Below are positions 46,781 to 55,445 of a DNA stretch of 64,000 nucleotides, piece by piece (within the stretch, counting starts at the first letter, position 1; each line of letters opens with the position of its first letter). Under the pieces are notes generated by a model. That model made no database searches. It was not told the origin of the DNA and was given only the letters and a program-made list of their open reading frames with translations. This DNA is from Candidatus Woesearchaeota archaeon (GTDB lineage: Archaea > Nanobdellota > Nanobdellia > Woesearchaeales > GW2011-AR9). The position numbers and the translations under genes are program-made. The stretch is from NCBI GenBank assembly GCA_018696595.1, contig JABHQW010000003.1:247757-311756 (forward strand). The letters are read 5' to 3'.

Positions 46781-47848
46781 TTAAAAATCAGTCAACTTTT
46801 TATCAGAAGAATAATTGATAATTGTCGTATTACCTTCTTTACCAAAAACTCTTTCTGTAGAAATAAATTTCCCTTCATCTAATTTAACAATTCGACGATG
46901 GAAACTTTTATAACTCATTTCACCACCCTTTTTAGTATAAGCATTATATAAATCACCGATTTTTTGTCCAGAGTTCTCTCGAATTAAATCCAAAATAAGT
47001 AACAAATTTGGATCCAAATCTTCTGTTGGTTTAATATGAAAATCATCAACTTTCTTAATCGCTTCCGCCACATGAGATAAACTAATCTTTTTGGATGATC
47101 TTTCTTCAGCCAAATTACCAGCTTCTTTCATCAAATACAAACCAACACGAACATCTTTTGCATTAGTACATTTCTCAACCATTTCCTTAAATGCTTCTTC
47201 ATCCCAACAATTTTGTACAAAAGCATATTCTCTTCTTTGTTTTAAAATTCCTGCAATCTCTGTTTCATTATAAGCTCTAAAATTCAAAAATTCAGGATTG
47301 AGTCTACTCCTAATCCGTTCATCCATTTCTGAATAAGTATCTCGGTAATTTGTTAACAAAATAATTGTTTTACGATAAATATCTTCTAAAACAGTATAAA
47401 GAAAATCAGTATCTTCTAATTTATCAATCTCATCAAAAATAAAAACCACAGATTTTTTGTTAAGTTTATCTTTAATCATAGAAAAAAGTTCAGATGTTTT
47501 TTTGTTTTGTAAGAATTTGTAACCTAACAATTCACAAACTTTAGAAAAAATTTTGAAGGTAGTATTTTCTTTCCAACAGTTAACATAAATTGGAACAACC
47601 TCTTCAGTTTCATCTTCCAATTCTCTTAACACGTGTTTACAAGCAGTAGTCTTTCCAACACCCGGAACACCATAAACAAATAAATTCCTACCATTATGGC
47701 CCTGAAGTAAAGGCCGAACAGCAACCGCAAATCTTTGTTGTTCAGTCTCTCTAAATTTTAGGATCTTTGGTTGAAAATCATAATCTAATACGACCGTATC
47801 TCGAAACAAAGTTTCACCACTTTTCAACATATCTTTAAACATAGACAT
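46781..47848 (-). CDS. cdc6: Orc1/Cdc6 replication initiator
   Basis: FRDTVVLDYDFQP, GVPGVGKT Walker A, FIFDEIDKL Walker B, C-terminal wHTH. Confidence 0.93.
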   Translation of the reverse strand: MSMFKDMLKSGETLFRDTVVLDYDFQPKILKFRETEQQRFAVAVRPLLQGHNGRNLFVYGVPGVGKTTACKHVLRELEDETEEVVPIYVNCWKENTTFKIFSKVCELLGYKFLQNKKTSELFSMIKDKLNKKSVVFIFDEIDKLEDTDFLYTVLEDIYRKTIILLTNYRDTYSEMDERIRSRLNPEFLNFRAYNETEIAGILKQRREYAFVQNCWDEEAFKEMVEKCTNAKDVRVGLYLMKEAGNLAEERSSKKISLSHVAEAIKKVDDFHIKPTEDLDPNLLLILDLIRENSGQKIGDLYNAYTKKGGEMSYKSFHRRIVKLDEGKFISTERVFGKEGNTTIINYSSDKKLTDF

Positions 47849-47893
47849 AAATAAGAAAAATAAGAAGTTCTTTATATTAATTGTGTAAATAGA

Positions 47894-48604
47894 CTATCCT
47901 TTTACAATCGTTCCTTTGAACCCTTCTAAATCATCAGAGAGTATTTTTCCCAACTCAGATTCCTGACAAATATAAAGAATGATAAATTTATTTTCCAAAC
48001 CTAACTTTGCCGCTAAAGGATCTAAAGGAGTATTCAATCTTGGTACCCATTTAGTGCCAACTAAATTCACCATCTTTTGCCAAGTTGCTTCCGGAAGATC
48101 TTCCGCTTCATCTAATCTCTGATGTTTCTCTCCTTTAGACAAATCTTTAATTTCTAACGGAGACAAATCTTTAACAACTTCAAAATCAGAAATTTTAATA
48201 ACTTTTTCAGCACCATAAGTTACAGCAAGAGTCATGGTTACGTAATCCGTACTATTCCCTGGTTTCCATCCACCAGCAAAATAAATTCTGTAACCAGAAA
48301 CTTCTTTTGTTGGATCTTTGATAACTTCTGGACAAACTTTTTCTACCCCAGAATCTTGAAATCTTTTGATAACATATTCGGCGTTTTCCCAAGTTGCTTC
48401 TATCCCTAACCAATCTTTTCGTTCATCATCAGCATCAGGTTCATCTGCTTGCTTTTTCCCAGCTAAAGCACCGCCACCAATAATAATCATAAACTCTTGC
48501 TCAGAATATTTTTGTACTAGTTCAATTAAACTATCAATGAAAGAATCGTCCCGCGTTTCAGGCGTTGGACTTACTTTTGACCCGCCGTATTTGATTATGT
48601 TCAT
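47894..48604 (-). CDS. pyrH: Uridylate kinase (archaeal)
   Basis: IIKYGGS, IIGGGALA, DWLGIEATWENA, GGWKPGNSTDYV, PLDPLA. Confidence 0.88.
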   Translation of the reverse strand: MNIIKYGGSKVSPTPETRDDSFIDSLIELVQKYSEQEFMIIIGGGALAGKKQADEPDADDERKDWLGIEATWENAEYVIKRFQDSGVEKVCPEVIKDPTKEVSGYRIYFAGGWKPGNSTDYVTMTLAVTYGAEKVIKISDFEVVKDLSPLEIKDLSKGEKHQRLDEAEDLPEATWQKMVNLVGTKWVPRLNTPLDPLAAKLGLENKFIILYICQESELGKILSDDLEGFKGTIVKG

Positions 48605-48667
48605 TTTTTACCCCAGGTGAAAAATGAACGACCAAAATTATTTTTAATTTTGTGTATGTTCATTTTG
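48599..48667 (-). promoter_or_regulatory. pyrH leader: duplicated start region with alternative hairpins and a 20-aa uORF
   Basis: AAAATGAAC occurs twice with the complementary GTTCATTTTT between them. uORF 48663-48601 (MNIHKIKNNFGRSFFTWGKK) ends in an ATGA overlap with pyrH. Confidence 0.55.
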
Positions 48668-48719
48668 TTGATTAAGAGAAAAGAAGACATTTATTAATGT
48701 TATGTAAAAAAAGAAAAAA

Positions 48720-49127
48720 TTAATGAAACTTCTTTTCTAAAGAATAGCCTTTCTCTTCCAATAAAAAAGCAACCTGATCAGCAACATTAGCATCTTTTAC
48801 AGCAATGCCACATATTTTTGGAAATAAGTCCTCAGAACTGTGTTCTCCTAATTTAACACTTCCATCTTCTTCAACAATTGAAATTACTCTTCGTAAAATA
48901 TTATACAATTCAGTTTTCACATCAAAACATGCAGGAACTAATTCTCCCGTACTTTCTCTTTTACGATAAGGCATTGCTTTTCCTTCAACAGCACGAGCTA
49001 CTTCCACACAATCAGATCCAAAGATTGCATAAGGTAAATCTCCTTTTTCTATTTCAAACAAAAACCCTTCACATTCCATAAAAGGATTTGTTTGATAATG
49101 TACATTTATTTTCTTTTCTAATTCCAT
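48720..49127 (-). CDS. Hypothetical protein
   Basis: RBS GGAGG + AAATAAAATG; last gene of the small-ORF operon. Confidence 0.65.
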   Translation of the reverse strand: MELEKKINVHYQTNPFMECEGFLFEIEKGDLPYAIFGSDCVEVARAVEGKAMPYRKRESTGELVPACFDVKTELYNILRRVISIVEEDGSVKLGEHSSEDLFPKICGIAVKDANVADQVAFLLEEKGYSLEKKFH

Positions 49128-49148
49128 TTTATTTATCCTCCGTTCTTT

Positions 49149-49589
49149 TTATTCCAACTTAATTGTATAAGTAGGCCCTTTCTTTCCATCTTTATTTGCC
49201 CAAGCAACTTCTACTTTATCATCTGCTAAAGCCTCTAAACTAACATAATCATGGTACAACATATCGCGCTTATCAAAACGTGAATCGTATTGATCCCTAG
49301 TTCTGATTTCATTAGTGGATATTTTTTTAATATCTCCTTCTGGACCAAAATGATATAATGCTACCCACTCATTTGTTCCAACTCCTCCTTTAAATTCGTT
49401 CCAGTAACGTGATTCCCATTTAGCTGCTACTACATTATGTTCACCAACCCTTAAATGTTCCACATCGGTAGGATGTTCTCGGTATTGCTTTCCTCCTCTT
49501 TCCGAAACACGTTTCAGAATTTTTTCAACCCCAGGCAAAAATTCTTCTGCTTCAATAATTTTCTCTTCTAATCTTTTTTCAGTTTTCAT
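49149..49589 (-). CDS. Hypothetical protein (paralog at window end)
   Basis: C-terminal VSLEALADDKVEVAWANKDGKKGP matches the 63858-64000 ORF. Confidence 0.7.
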   Translation of the reverse strand: MKTEKRLEEKIIEAEEFLPGVEKILKRVSERGGKQYREHPTDVEHLRVGEHNVVAAKWESRYWNEFKGGVGTNEWVALYHFGPEGDIKKISTNEIRTRDQYDSRFDKRDMLYHDYVSLEALADDKVEVAWANKDGKKGPTYTIKLE

Positions 49590-50167
49590 TTTATCTCTCC
49601 AAATTCTTCTTCCAAAAACGATTTCATTGTTTTATCAATAAGCTCCTGTTCAAACCCAATCAAATGCTGATACAAGCCTGCAGCATGACTCAGATCAGAA
49701 CAAGGACCACCACCACCCAAATCAACCCCATAACGTTTGTTAAGATTTACAACCATTGTTGGAACTTTACCAGAATCCAATAATTCTTGTTCTAAAGGAG
49801 CATATCCTGCAAGAGCTTTTTCTACAGTAGTAAAAGCCGCTACTTCTTCAAAATCTGCAATTGGAAAACCAGGACCACCATACCCAAAATCAATCTCTGA
49901 AGTTCTTGCATAAACTAAAACTTCAACATCAGTGTCTGCAAACCTTTCTTCAAAATGATTAGGATTAAGATCTAATAAACACATTCCCAATTGTTGCCTT
50001 TCTTTTTCTTCATCAATAAGAACATCAAACAACAATCGAGAAGGATCACTAAGTGAATATATTGGTTTACTTTGTAAACTGGTATATTCCGGAACCCTTT
50101 CTAGACTTTGTTCTAAACCATTCTCGGGATCTAATCCTCTACTAATTTTCAATTCTAATCTTTTCAT
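49586..50167 (-). CDS. Hypothetical protein
   Basis: RBS GGAG; overlaps the next gene. Confidence 0.65.
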   Translation of the reverse strand: MKRLELKISRGLDPENGLEQSLERVPEYTSLQSKPIYSLSDPSRLLFDVLIDEEKERQQLGMCLLDLNPNHFEERFADTDVEVLVYARTSEIDFGYGGPGFPIADFEEVAAFTTVEKALAGYAPLEQELLDSGKVPTMVVNLNKRYGVDLGGGGPCSDLSHAAGLYQHLIGFEQELIDKTMKSFLEEEFGEIK

Positions 50168-50189
50168 TTTATTTCATCTCCATTAATTT

Positions 50190-50528
50190 CTAAATCATTC
50201 TGTCTGATAACATCCCTAAACCATAACCCACCGTGTGAGCCATTAATGGAATAATAGGATTCAAAAACGATGCTAGCGTTAGTGTTAAAGCAAAATCTGT
50301 ATCAGAATATGCTCCAACACTCATTACCAAACCCGCAGGAACTATACCTGCAATAAGGCCAACTTCTACATTTTCTTCTAAAGGAATTCCAGATCCTTGA
50401 CCCATAAAACCTTGACCAGTTGCCCCTTCATAAACACCCATCCCTAACGCGTAAAGAGTAACCCCTCCAAAATACGCAAGTCCGCCACCGAAACAAGTAC
50501 CTTTCAATATGTCTTCGAGTTTTCCCAT
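50190..50528 (-). CDS. Gly-rich membrane protein
   Basis: Three Gly-rich hydrophobic helices; RBS GGAGAG before ATG 50528. Confidence 0.65.
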   Translation of the reverse strand: MGKLEDILKGTCFGGGLAYFGGVTLYALGMGVYEGATGQGFMGQGSGIPLEENVEVGLIAGIVPAGLVMSVGAYSDTDFALTLTLASFLNPIIPLMAHTVGYGLGMLSDRMI

Positions 50529-50566
50529 TTTATTTCTCTCCATTTTATTTTTTCAATTTGATTACT

Positions 50567-51052
50567 TTAACAAACATATTTAGCATATCTTGTTCTTGCT
50601 TGTTGAATTTCTTCCACATTTGGAATTTCTCGAATTATTTTTTCATACACTTCCTGCCAAGATTTAGGATCACTTTTTGGAGCTCTTGTTTTTTCTCTAA
50701 TCTCGGTAGGATCAACAATTCCTTCCCAAAAATAATTTACAAAAGCAACCTCTCCTAAATTATTGTGATTATCTATACCTGCGGTTATTACTAACCAAGG
50801 TATGTATCTTCTTTCTGCTTCTTTTGCCAACTCAAAGCCTAATATTTCTGGCTGATACCCTTCAGCTTTTGGCAATTCTAAATCAAACATTCCGATGGCA
50901 TATGGGCCTTGCCGAAGTTTTTGTAATCCCTCTTCATAATTTACAGCAAAATCTACATGGACCCCATCAATAGATTCAAAATAAACTTGTGCAGCTTTCC
51001 TATTTTCTTCTCTATCGTCCACAACTAAAATTTCTAATTTATTTCCAGCCAT
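50567..51052 (-). CDS. Single-domain response regulator (receiver)
   Basis: ILVVDDREEN, GMFDLELP (phospho-acceptor Asp), VITAG. Confidence 0.8.
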   Translation of the reverse strand: MAGNKLEILVVDDREENRKAAQVYFESIDGVHVDFAVNYEEGLQKLRQGPYAIGMFDLELPKAEGYQPEILGFELAKEAERRYIPWLVITAGIDNHNNLGEVAFVNYFWEGIVDPTEIREKTRAPKSDPKSWQEVYEKIIREIPNVEEIQQARTRYAKYVC

Positions 51053-51054
51053 TT

Positions 51055-51381
51055 CTATTCACATTTCATTTTCATATATTCTGGAGTTACCTCTAGAACT
51101 TTGATCGAATCCCCTATAGTTTCAGCACTAACAGGAAAATACAAATTAGATTCTTTCCTACTGTTAGAAGGAATTATTGCAAAAGTTTCTTCATTAGGCA
51201 TACCCGCATATCTAAAACCTTGATCAACAAAATTATGAGAACCATTATTACAAGTAACTTTTTCTCCAACTGTCAAAACATGTTCTTGTTTCCTAAACTC
51301 TTCCACGCTTTTTTCGTTTCCACAACCACTAGTCCCTAAAAGACCAGCCAATAGTGCTAACGTCACTGCTGTTTTTTTCAT
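51055..51381 (-). CDS. Small lipoprotein
   Basis: MKKTAVTLALLAGLLGTSGC lipobox; RBS GGAGG. Confidence 0.7.
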   Translation of the reverse strand: MKKTAVTLALLAGLLGTSGCGNEKSVEEFRKQEHVLTVGEKVTCNNGSHNFVDQGFRYAGMPNEETFAIIPSNSRKESNLYFPVSAETIGDSIKVLEVTPEYMKMKCE

Positions 51382-51409
51382 TTTATTTCCTCCATTTTAT
51401 TTTTTAAGT

Positions 51410-51598
51410 TTAAATTTTGTAAACACTATCAACTTCTTCCCCTGTTTCAAATACTTTGTAACCAACCTTTGGCTCTTTACATTCAACAGTCGGACAATAC
51501 AATTTACCTAAACCCTCCAACATTTCTTCGATCAAAATCATTTCAACCTCTTCAGGTTTGATTACAATCACTTCCAACGGATCATACATTCCTATCAT
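51410..51598 (-). CDS. Small hypothetical protein (CxxxxC)
   Basis: RBS GGGGTGA; first gene of the operon. Confidence 0.55.
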   Translation of the reverse strand: MIGMYDPLEVIVIKPEEVEMILIEEMLEGLGKLYCPTVECKEPKVGYKVFETGEEVDSVYKI

Positions 51599-51720
51599 TT
51601 TATTTCACCCCATTTCATTTACTAATATATAACAACTAATCAATACTAAAACGTTTGCAAGAAATAATCAATCAAAATAAGAATAATGGCCAAAATACCT
51701 TAATAAGAACAAGAACCAGA

Positions 51721-52686
51721 CTATTTACTAGGCAGGTATATCTCTTTGTAATACTTCAAAACTCTAAAATAATTATAATCTCTAATTGCTCCCGGAAATT
51801 GAATTTTCATTTGATCAATAATTTCCTGAAACTGTTCAAAATTTTTAACTTCTAGATCAAACTCAAAATCAAACTCACTAATCGCTTTATCAACTTTAAG
51901 AATATTAGGATGAACCTGACAAAAACTAATTAATTTATTAATCACTTTCAAATCATCTAATTCCATATTAACACGATAACGATTATACCCTAACTTAGAA
52001 AACTCAATACTAACTCTTGTGCCGACAATTACTTTTTTACTAATCAATTGTTTAATCCGATAAATAATTGTCATACTACCCATTTTAGTCTTCAGAGCAA
52101 TATCTTTAATGGGAGTTCTAGCATTCTTAGCCAACATTTTCAATATTTCTAAATCTAAATCATCAACTTTAACTTTCTCTGCTTCATAAATAACCCAATT
52201 CTTTTCACTAACATCTTTCTTTTCTTCTGTCAGATAAGCTCTTCTAAAAGAAATTTGTTCTGTAACTAAAGCAACATTATAATGTTTAACATGTTTTCTA
52301 AACTTTTCTAAAACTGTATTCCAAATTTTTTGAAAATCATCAACTTTCTCAACATAAAAACCAATTATCACGTCCCAATCTCCAACTACTCGAGCAACAA
52401 GGCCCGCTTCGGGCAACTCAATAAGATATTTTATTAATTCATCATCAACATTAATATCTCGTTCATAAAAATCAACATAAACACGAAAAAAGAAGTAACC
52501 TAATTTAGATGCATTCACCAAAGTGTTATAACCTTTAACCAATTTCTCATCTTCTAACCTTTTGATATTATAATTAACAACGTTCTTGCTAATCTTTAAT
52601 TTCTTAGCAATTTGAATGTTGCTTTGCCGAGCATCTAAGTCTAATATCTTAAGAAGCTTCTGATCACGTTTGTTTAATTTAATCAT
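51721..52686 (-). CDS. Tandem (double) Lrp/AsnC-family transcriptional regulator
   Basis: Two wHTH-RAM units: DQKLLKILDLDARQSNIQIAKKL and DLEILKMLAKNARTPIKDIA. Confidence 0.9.
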   Translation of the reverse strand: MIKLNKRDQKLLKILDLDARQSNIQIAKKLKISKNVVNYNIKRLEDEKLVKGYNTLVNASKLGYFFFRVYVDFYERDINVDDELIKYLIELPEAGLVARVVGDWDVIIGFYVEKVDDFQKIWNTVLEKFRKHVKHYNVALVTEQISFRRAYLTEEKKDVSEKNWVIYEAEKVKVDDLDLEILKMLAKNARTPIKDIALKTKMGSMTIIYRIKQLISKKVIVGTRVSIEFSKLGYNRYRVNMELDDLKVINKLISFCQVHPNILKVDKAISEFDFEFDLEVKNFEQFQEIIDQMKIQFPGAIRDYNYFRVLKYYKEIYLPSK

Positions 52687-52753
52687 TATTATTAAGGTGA
52701 AATAAAGAGAACTATATAAATATTCTTATTATGATTAAGAAAAAAGGAAAAAA

Positions 52754-54532
52754 TTAATAAATAAATAAACTTTCTGTATCTCCATTAATCTTACGATAGA
52801 AGCTATATCCATATCTAGAACCATAAGTCTTTGCATAACTCCCAAACTTTTTTCTTAGTTCTTCATCTTTTAATAATTTTGTAGGGAATAAGAAAAGATA
52901 AGCAAATGAATAATCTTTCTTCAATACTTGTTCTTTAATTATTGATTCTAAAACTGATAAAAGATGATTTAAATCCGTAGGTTTAATAAAAATATGAAGA
53001 TTGGGGTCATCACCCTCAGAACAATTTAAAATAGAAAGCTTAAGCAAACTTTTAATTTGATTAAGACTAAAAAAACCAGGGAAATTATAAATCTGAATAT
53101 CCAAACATTTATGAATTTTATGTTCTTTTTTACAAATTCCCGACATTGCAGTTAAAAAATTATAAGGTAAGAAATCATAACGAGGACCACAGGTTACACT
53201 CTTAATTGCTACGGGAAATTTGCCAACAAACCACTCTCCTAAGCCAATCATTCTTTTAGAAATTTCTGATTGTAAAATCAACCCCTGTTTACTATTATAA
53301 CCCCCGTGGGGTTTTCGACCATTTCGGTTTATATGTTGAAAATTATCCCCTCTATATGCATGAGATTCCACAAAAGAGATTTCAGCATCATCAAAACTAT
53401 TAACAAATTTATTAAATCCCTCCTCAGCAATTATTTTACTTCCTCCACAGGATTCACTAATTTTTTCTTTATAATATAAAAGTTCATCTTCAATTTTTAC
53501 TTTCTTTAAATGACTTAATAAATCAATTCCAGATAAAAATTTATCAAAAGCCTCTAAAATAGATCCAATATCTTCATAATATTCTTTTTCATGCTTAACA
53601 GCTTCGATGGGGTCATATTTTCTTTTCCAATCTTTTAATCCTTCAAGAACAGGTTTAGAATTAAAATAACCAAAATAAACTACAAACCCTTCTTTATTTT
53701 CAGATAACCTAACGTAAGGGATTATACTTATTGCAAATTCTGCAAAATGAGTAGAGGGTTCTGAGTCGCCTTCCTTAAATAAACCAACGCTTAGTAATAA
53801 CTTTTGTGATTTAGCAGCATGAAGATTTCGCAATACTAACTTTTTCATAACGGTTTTTTGATCTTCTTCTATAATCTTTAATTTGTACTGGTAATAATCT
53901 GAAGTAACAGCACTTTTAATCTCTTTATTCTTTTTGTCAATAAAAGAATTTATTGCATCCATAATCTTATTTTTATTGTCCACAATATACATCCCTGCAA
54001 GTTTTTTGTGAATTGTTTCACGATCTTCCATAAATTCTTTAATATCTAATACATGAATTAAATGTTGTAAAGCAGCATTTAATCCCCTTATTTTTGTCAT
54101 GATTTCCGAGAATTCATCTTTTACAGAATCTTGTTTTAATTTTTTCTTAAATTGACCAAAGTATCTTGAAAAATTCTTAATATAAACATCTTCAAATAGA
54201 ATAACAACTTGTTCTTGTGCTTTTTTTATATCTTGATTCATTTCTGGATAATGTGTTTTAATATCTTCTTCTAACTCTTCTATATATTTAACTTCTTTTT
54301 TTTCTTTCCGATTAATACTAGGGCTCCATCGCCCAATATTTTTAATTGATTGCCCGACAGAATCAGAATCGCCTTTTTCCAAACCGCTTTCAATATTTAA
54401 AAAATAACGATATACCCCTTCAAGAGAATTAAACAAAAGTTGAACTTTTTTTTTAGTTTTTTTGAGCTCAGATTTTAAACCATCAATAGTTCTTTTTTCT
54501 TTTTTAGCAACATATCTTTTTAATTGGATCAT
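52754..54532 (-). CDS. Large protein with N-terminal coiled coil and unknown C-terminal domain
   Basis: About 170-aa heptad region, then an alpha/beta region containing AYRGD and GEWF..KFPVA; RBS GAGGTG. Confidence 0.7.
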   Translation of the reverse strand: MIQLKRYVAKKEKRTIDGLKSELKKTKKKVQLLFNSLEGVYRYFLNIESGLEKGDSDSVGQSIKNIGRWSPSINRKEKKEVKYIEELEEDIKTHYPEMNQDIKKAQEQVVILFEDVYIKNFSRYFGQFKKKLKQDSVKDEFSEIMTKIRGLNAALQHLIHVLDIKEFMEDRETIHKKLAGMYIVDNKNKIMDAINSFIDKKNKEIKSAVTSDYYQYKLKIIEEDQKTVMKKLVLRNLHAAKSQKLLLSVGLFKEGDSEPSTHFAEFAISIIPYVRLSENKEGFVVYFGYFNSKPVLEGLKDWKRKYDPIEAVKHEKEYYEDIGSILEAFDKFLSGIDLLSHLKKVKIEDELLYYKEKISESCGGSKIIAEEGFNKFVNSFDDAEISFVESHAYRGDNFQHINRNGRKPHGGYNSKQGLILQSEISKRMIGLGEWFVGKFPVAIKSVTCGPRYDFLPYNFLTAMSGICKKEHKIHKCLDIQIYNFPGFFSLNQIKSLLKLSILNCSEGDDPNLHIFIKPTDLNHLLSVLESIIKEQVLKKDYSFAYLFLFPTKLLKDEELRKKFGSYAKTYGSRYGYSFYRKINGDTESLFIY

Positions 54533-54771
54533 ATCAAACACCTCAAGAGATAGTAATATAAAATAATAATACTATATAAATTTTCTTATTATGAAACAAC
54601 CCACTAAATTATTTCCCACATCACAAAATTAAAATTATTCTAAAAACCCACCAAAATAAGAAACCCCAAAAGTTTTTCTTTATATCAAACTATTTCTGTA
54701 CACAAGCTTTCATAAACCCAAACTATCGTCAATAAAATATTGTGGTGGTGCTGAATGTTTGGAGATAAAAA

Positions 54772-55437
54772 ATGGAATACATTGGAAAAATGAAAAATGT
54801 TTTGGTTGCTGGATTAGCAGCATTAGTTTTAGGATCTTCTGGTGGATGTGCAGCAGAGAATAACATTCCAGTTGGATTAAGGAACCAAGGTGATATTACA
54901 GTTGATGCAAAAATGGCAATATATCTCCATAAGAAAGGAAGAGCATATCAGCCAATAGATGAAATTTGTAACAATAAGGGAGAAAAATATATTTTTGAAG
55001 ATGGAGAATGGACAGATACAAAAGAATCATGCCCTGATAAAGGCAGATCAACAGGTCCTGGTGACATTAATAGAATACTTGAGAAGGTTCCTGCAACAAA
55101 ATCTCAATTGCCAAAGATAAAAATTTACCAAAGAGGAAAACTGGTCAAACAAACTAAAGGCAATACCATGGAAGAATTTGAGTATAACACTGAAGAAAGA
55201 ACCATCACTAGAAAAGTTACTGACTATGATAAAGACAGTGTTAACGAAGAGACATGTTATTTTGGTAAAGGATTTAGTGTAGTTAAATGTGGCAAAGAAA
55301 CAAAGGATGCTGAGGGGCAAGTTGTGGAAACATATGAAGATTGGGAATCAGAACCGCTAGTTTTTGGTGGATGGAATAGTTGGCTAAGAGAATTATGGCA
55401 TGAACGTAAATCAGGAGTACACGACCTTCTTCAATAA
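54772..55437 (+). CDS. Putative lipoprotein, beta-rich
   Basis: VLVAGLAALVLGSSGGC lipobox; RBS GGAG. Confidence 0.7.
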   Translation: MEYIGKMKNVLVAGLAALVLGSSGGCAAENNIPVGLRNQGDITVDAKMAIYLHKKGRAYQPIDEICNNKGEKYIFEDGEWTDTKESCPDKGRSTGPGDINRILEKVPATKSQLPKIKIYQRGKLVKQTKGNTMEEFEYNTEERTITRKVTDYDKDSVNEETCYFGKGFSVVKCGKETKDAEGQVVETYEDWESEPLVFGGWNSWLRELWHERKSGVHDLLQ

Positions 55438-55445
55438 AATAAGAT

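Noticed and set aside
46666-47900. Replication origin (ORB repeats) beside cdc6
   Set aside because: No ORB or mini-ORB-like repeats in either flanking gap.
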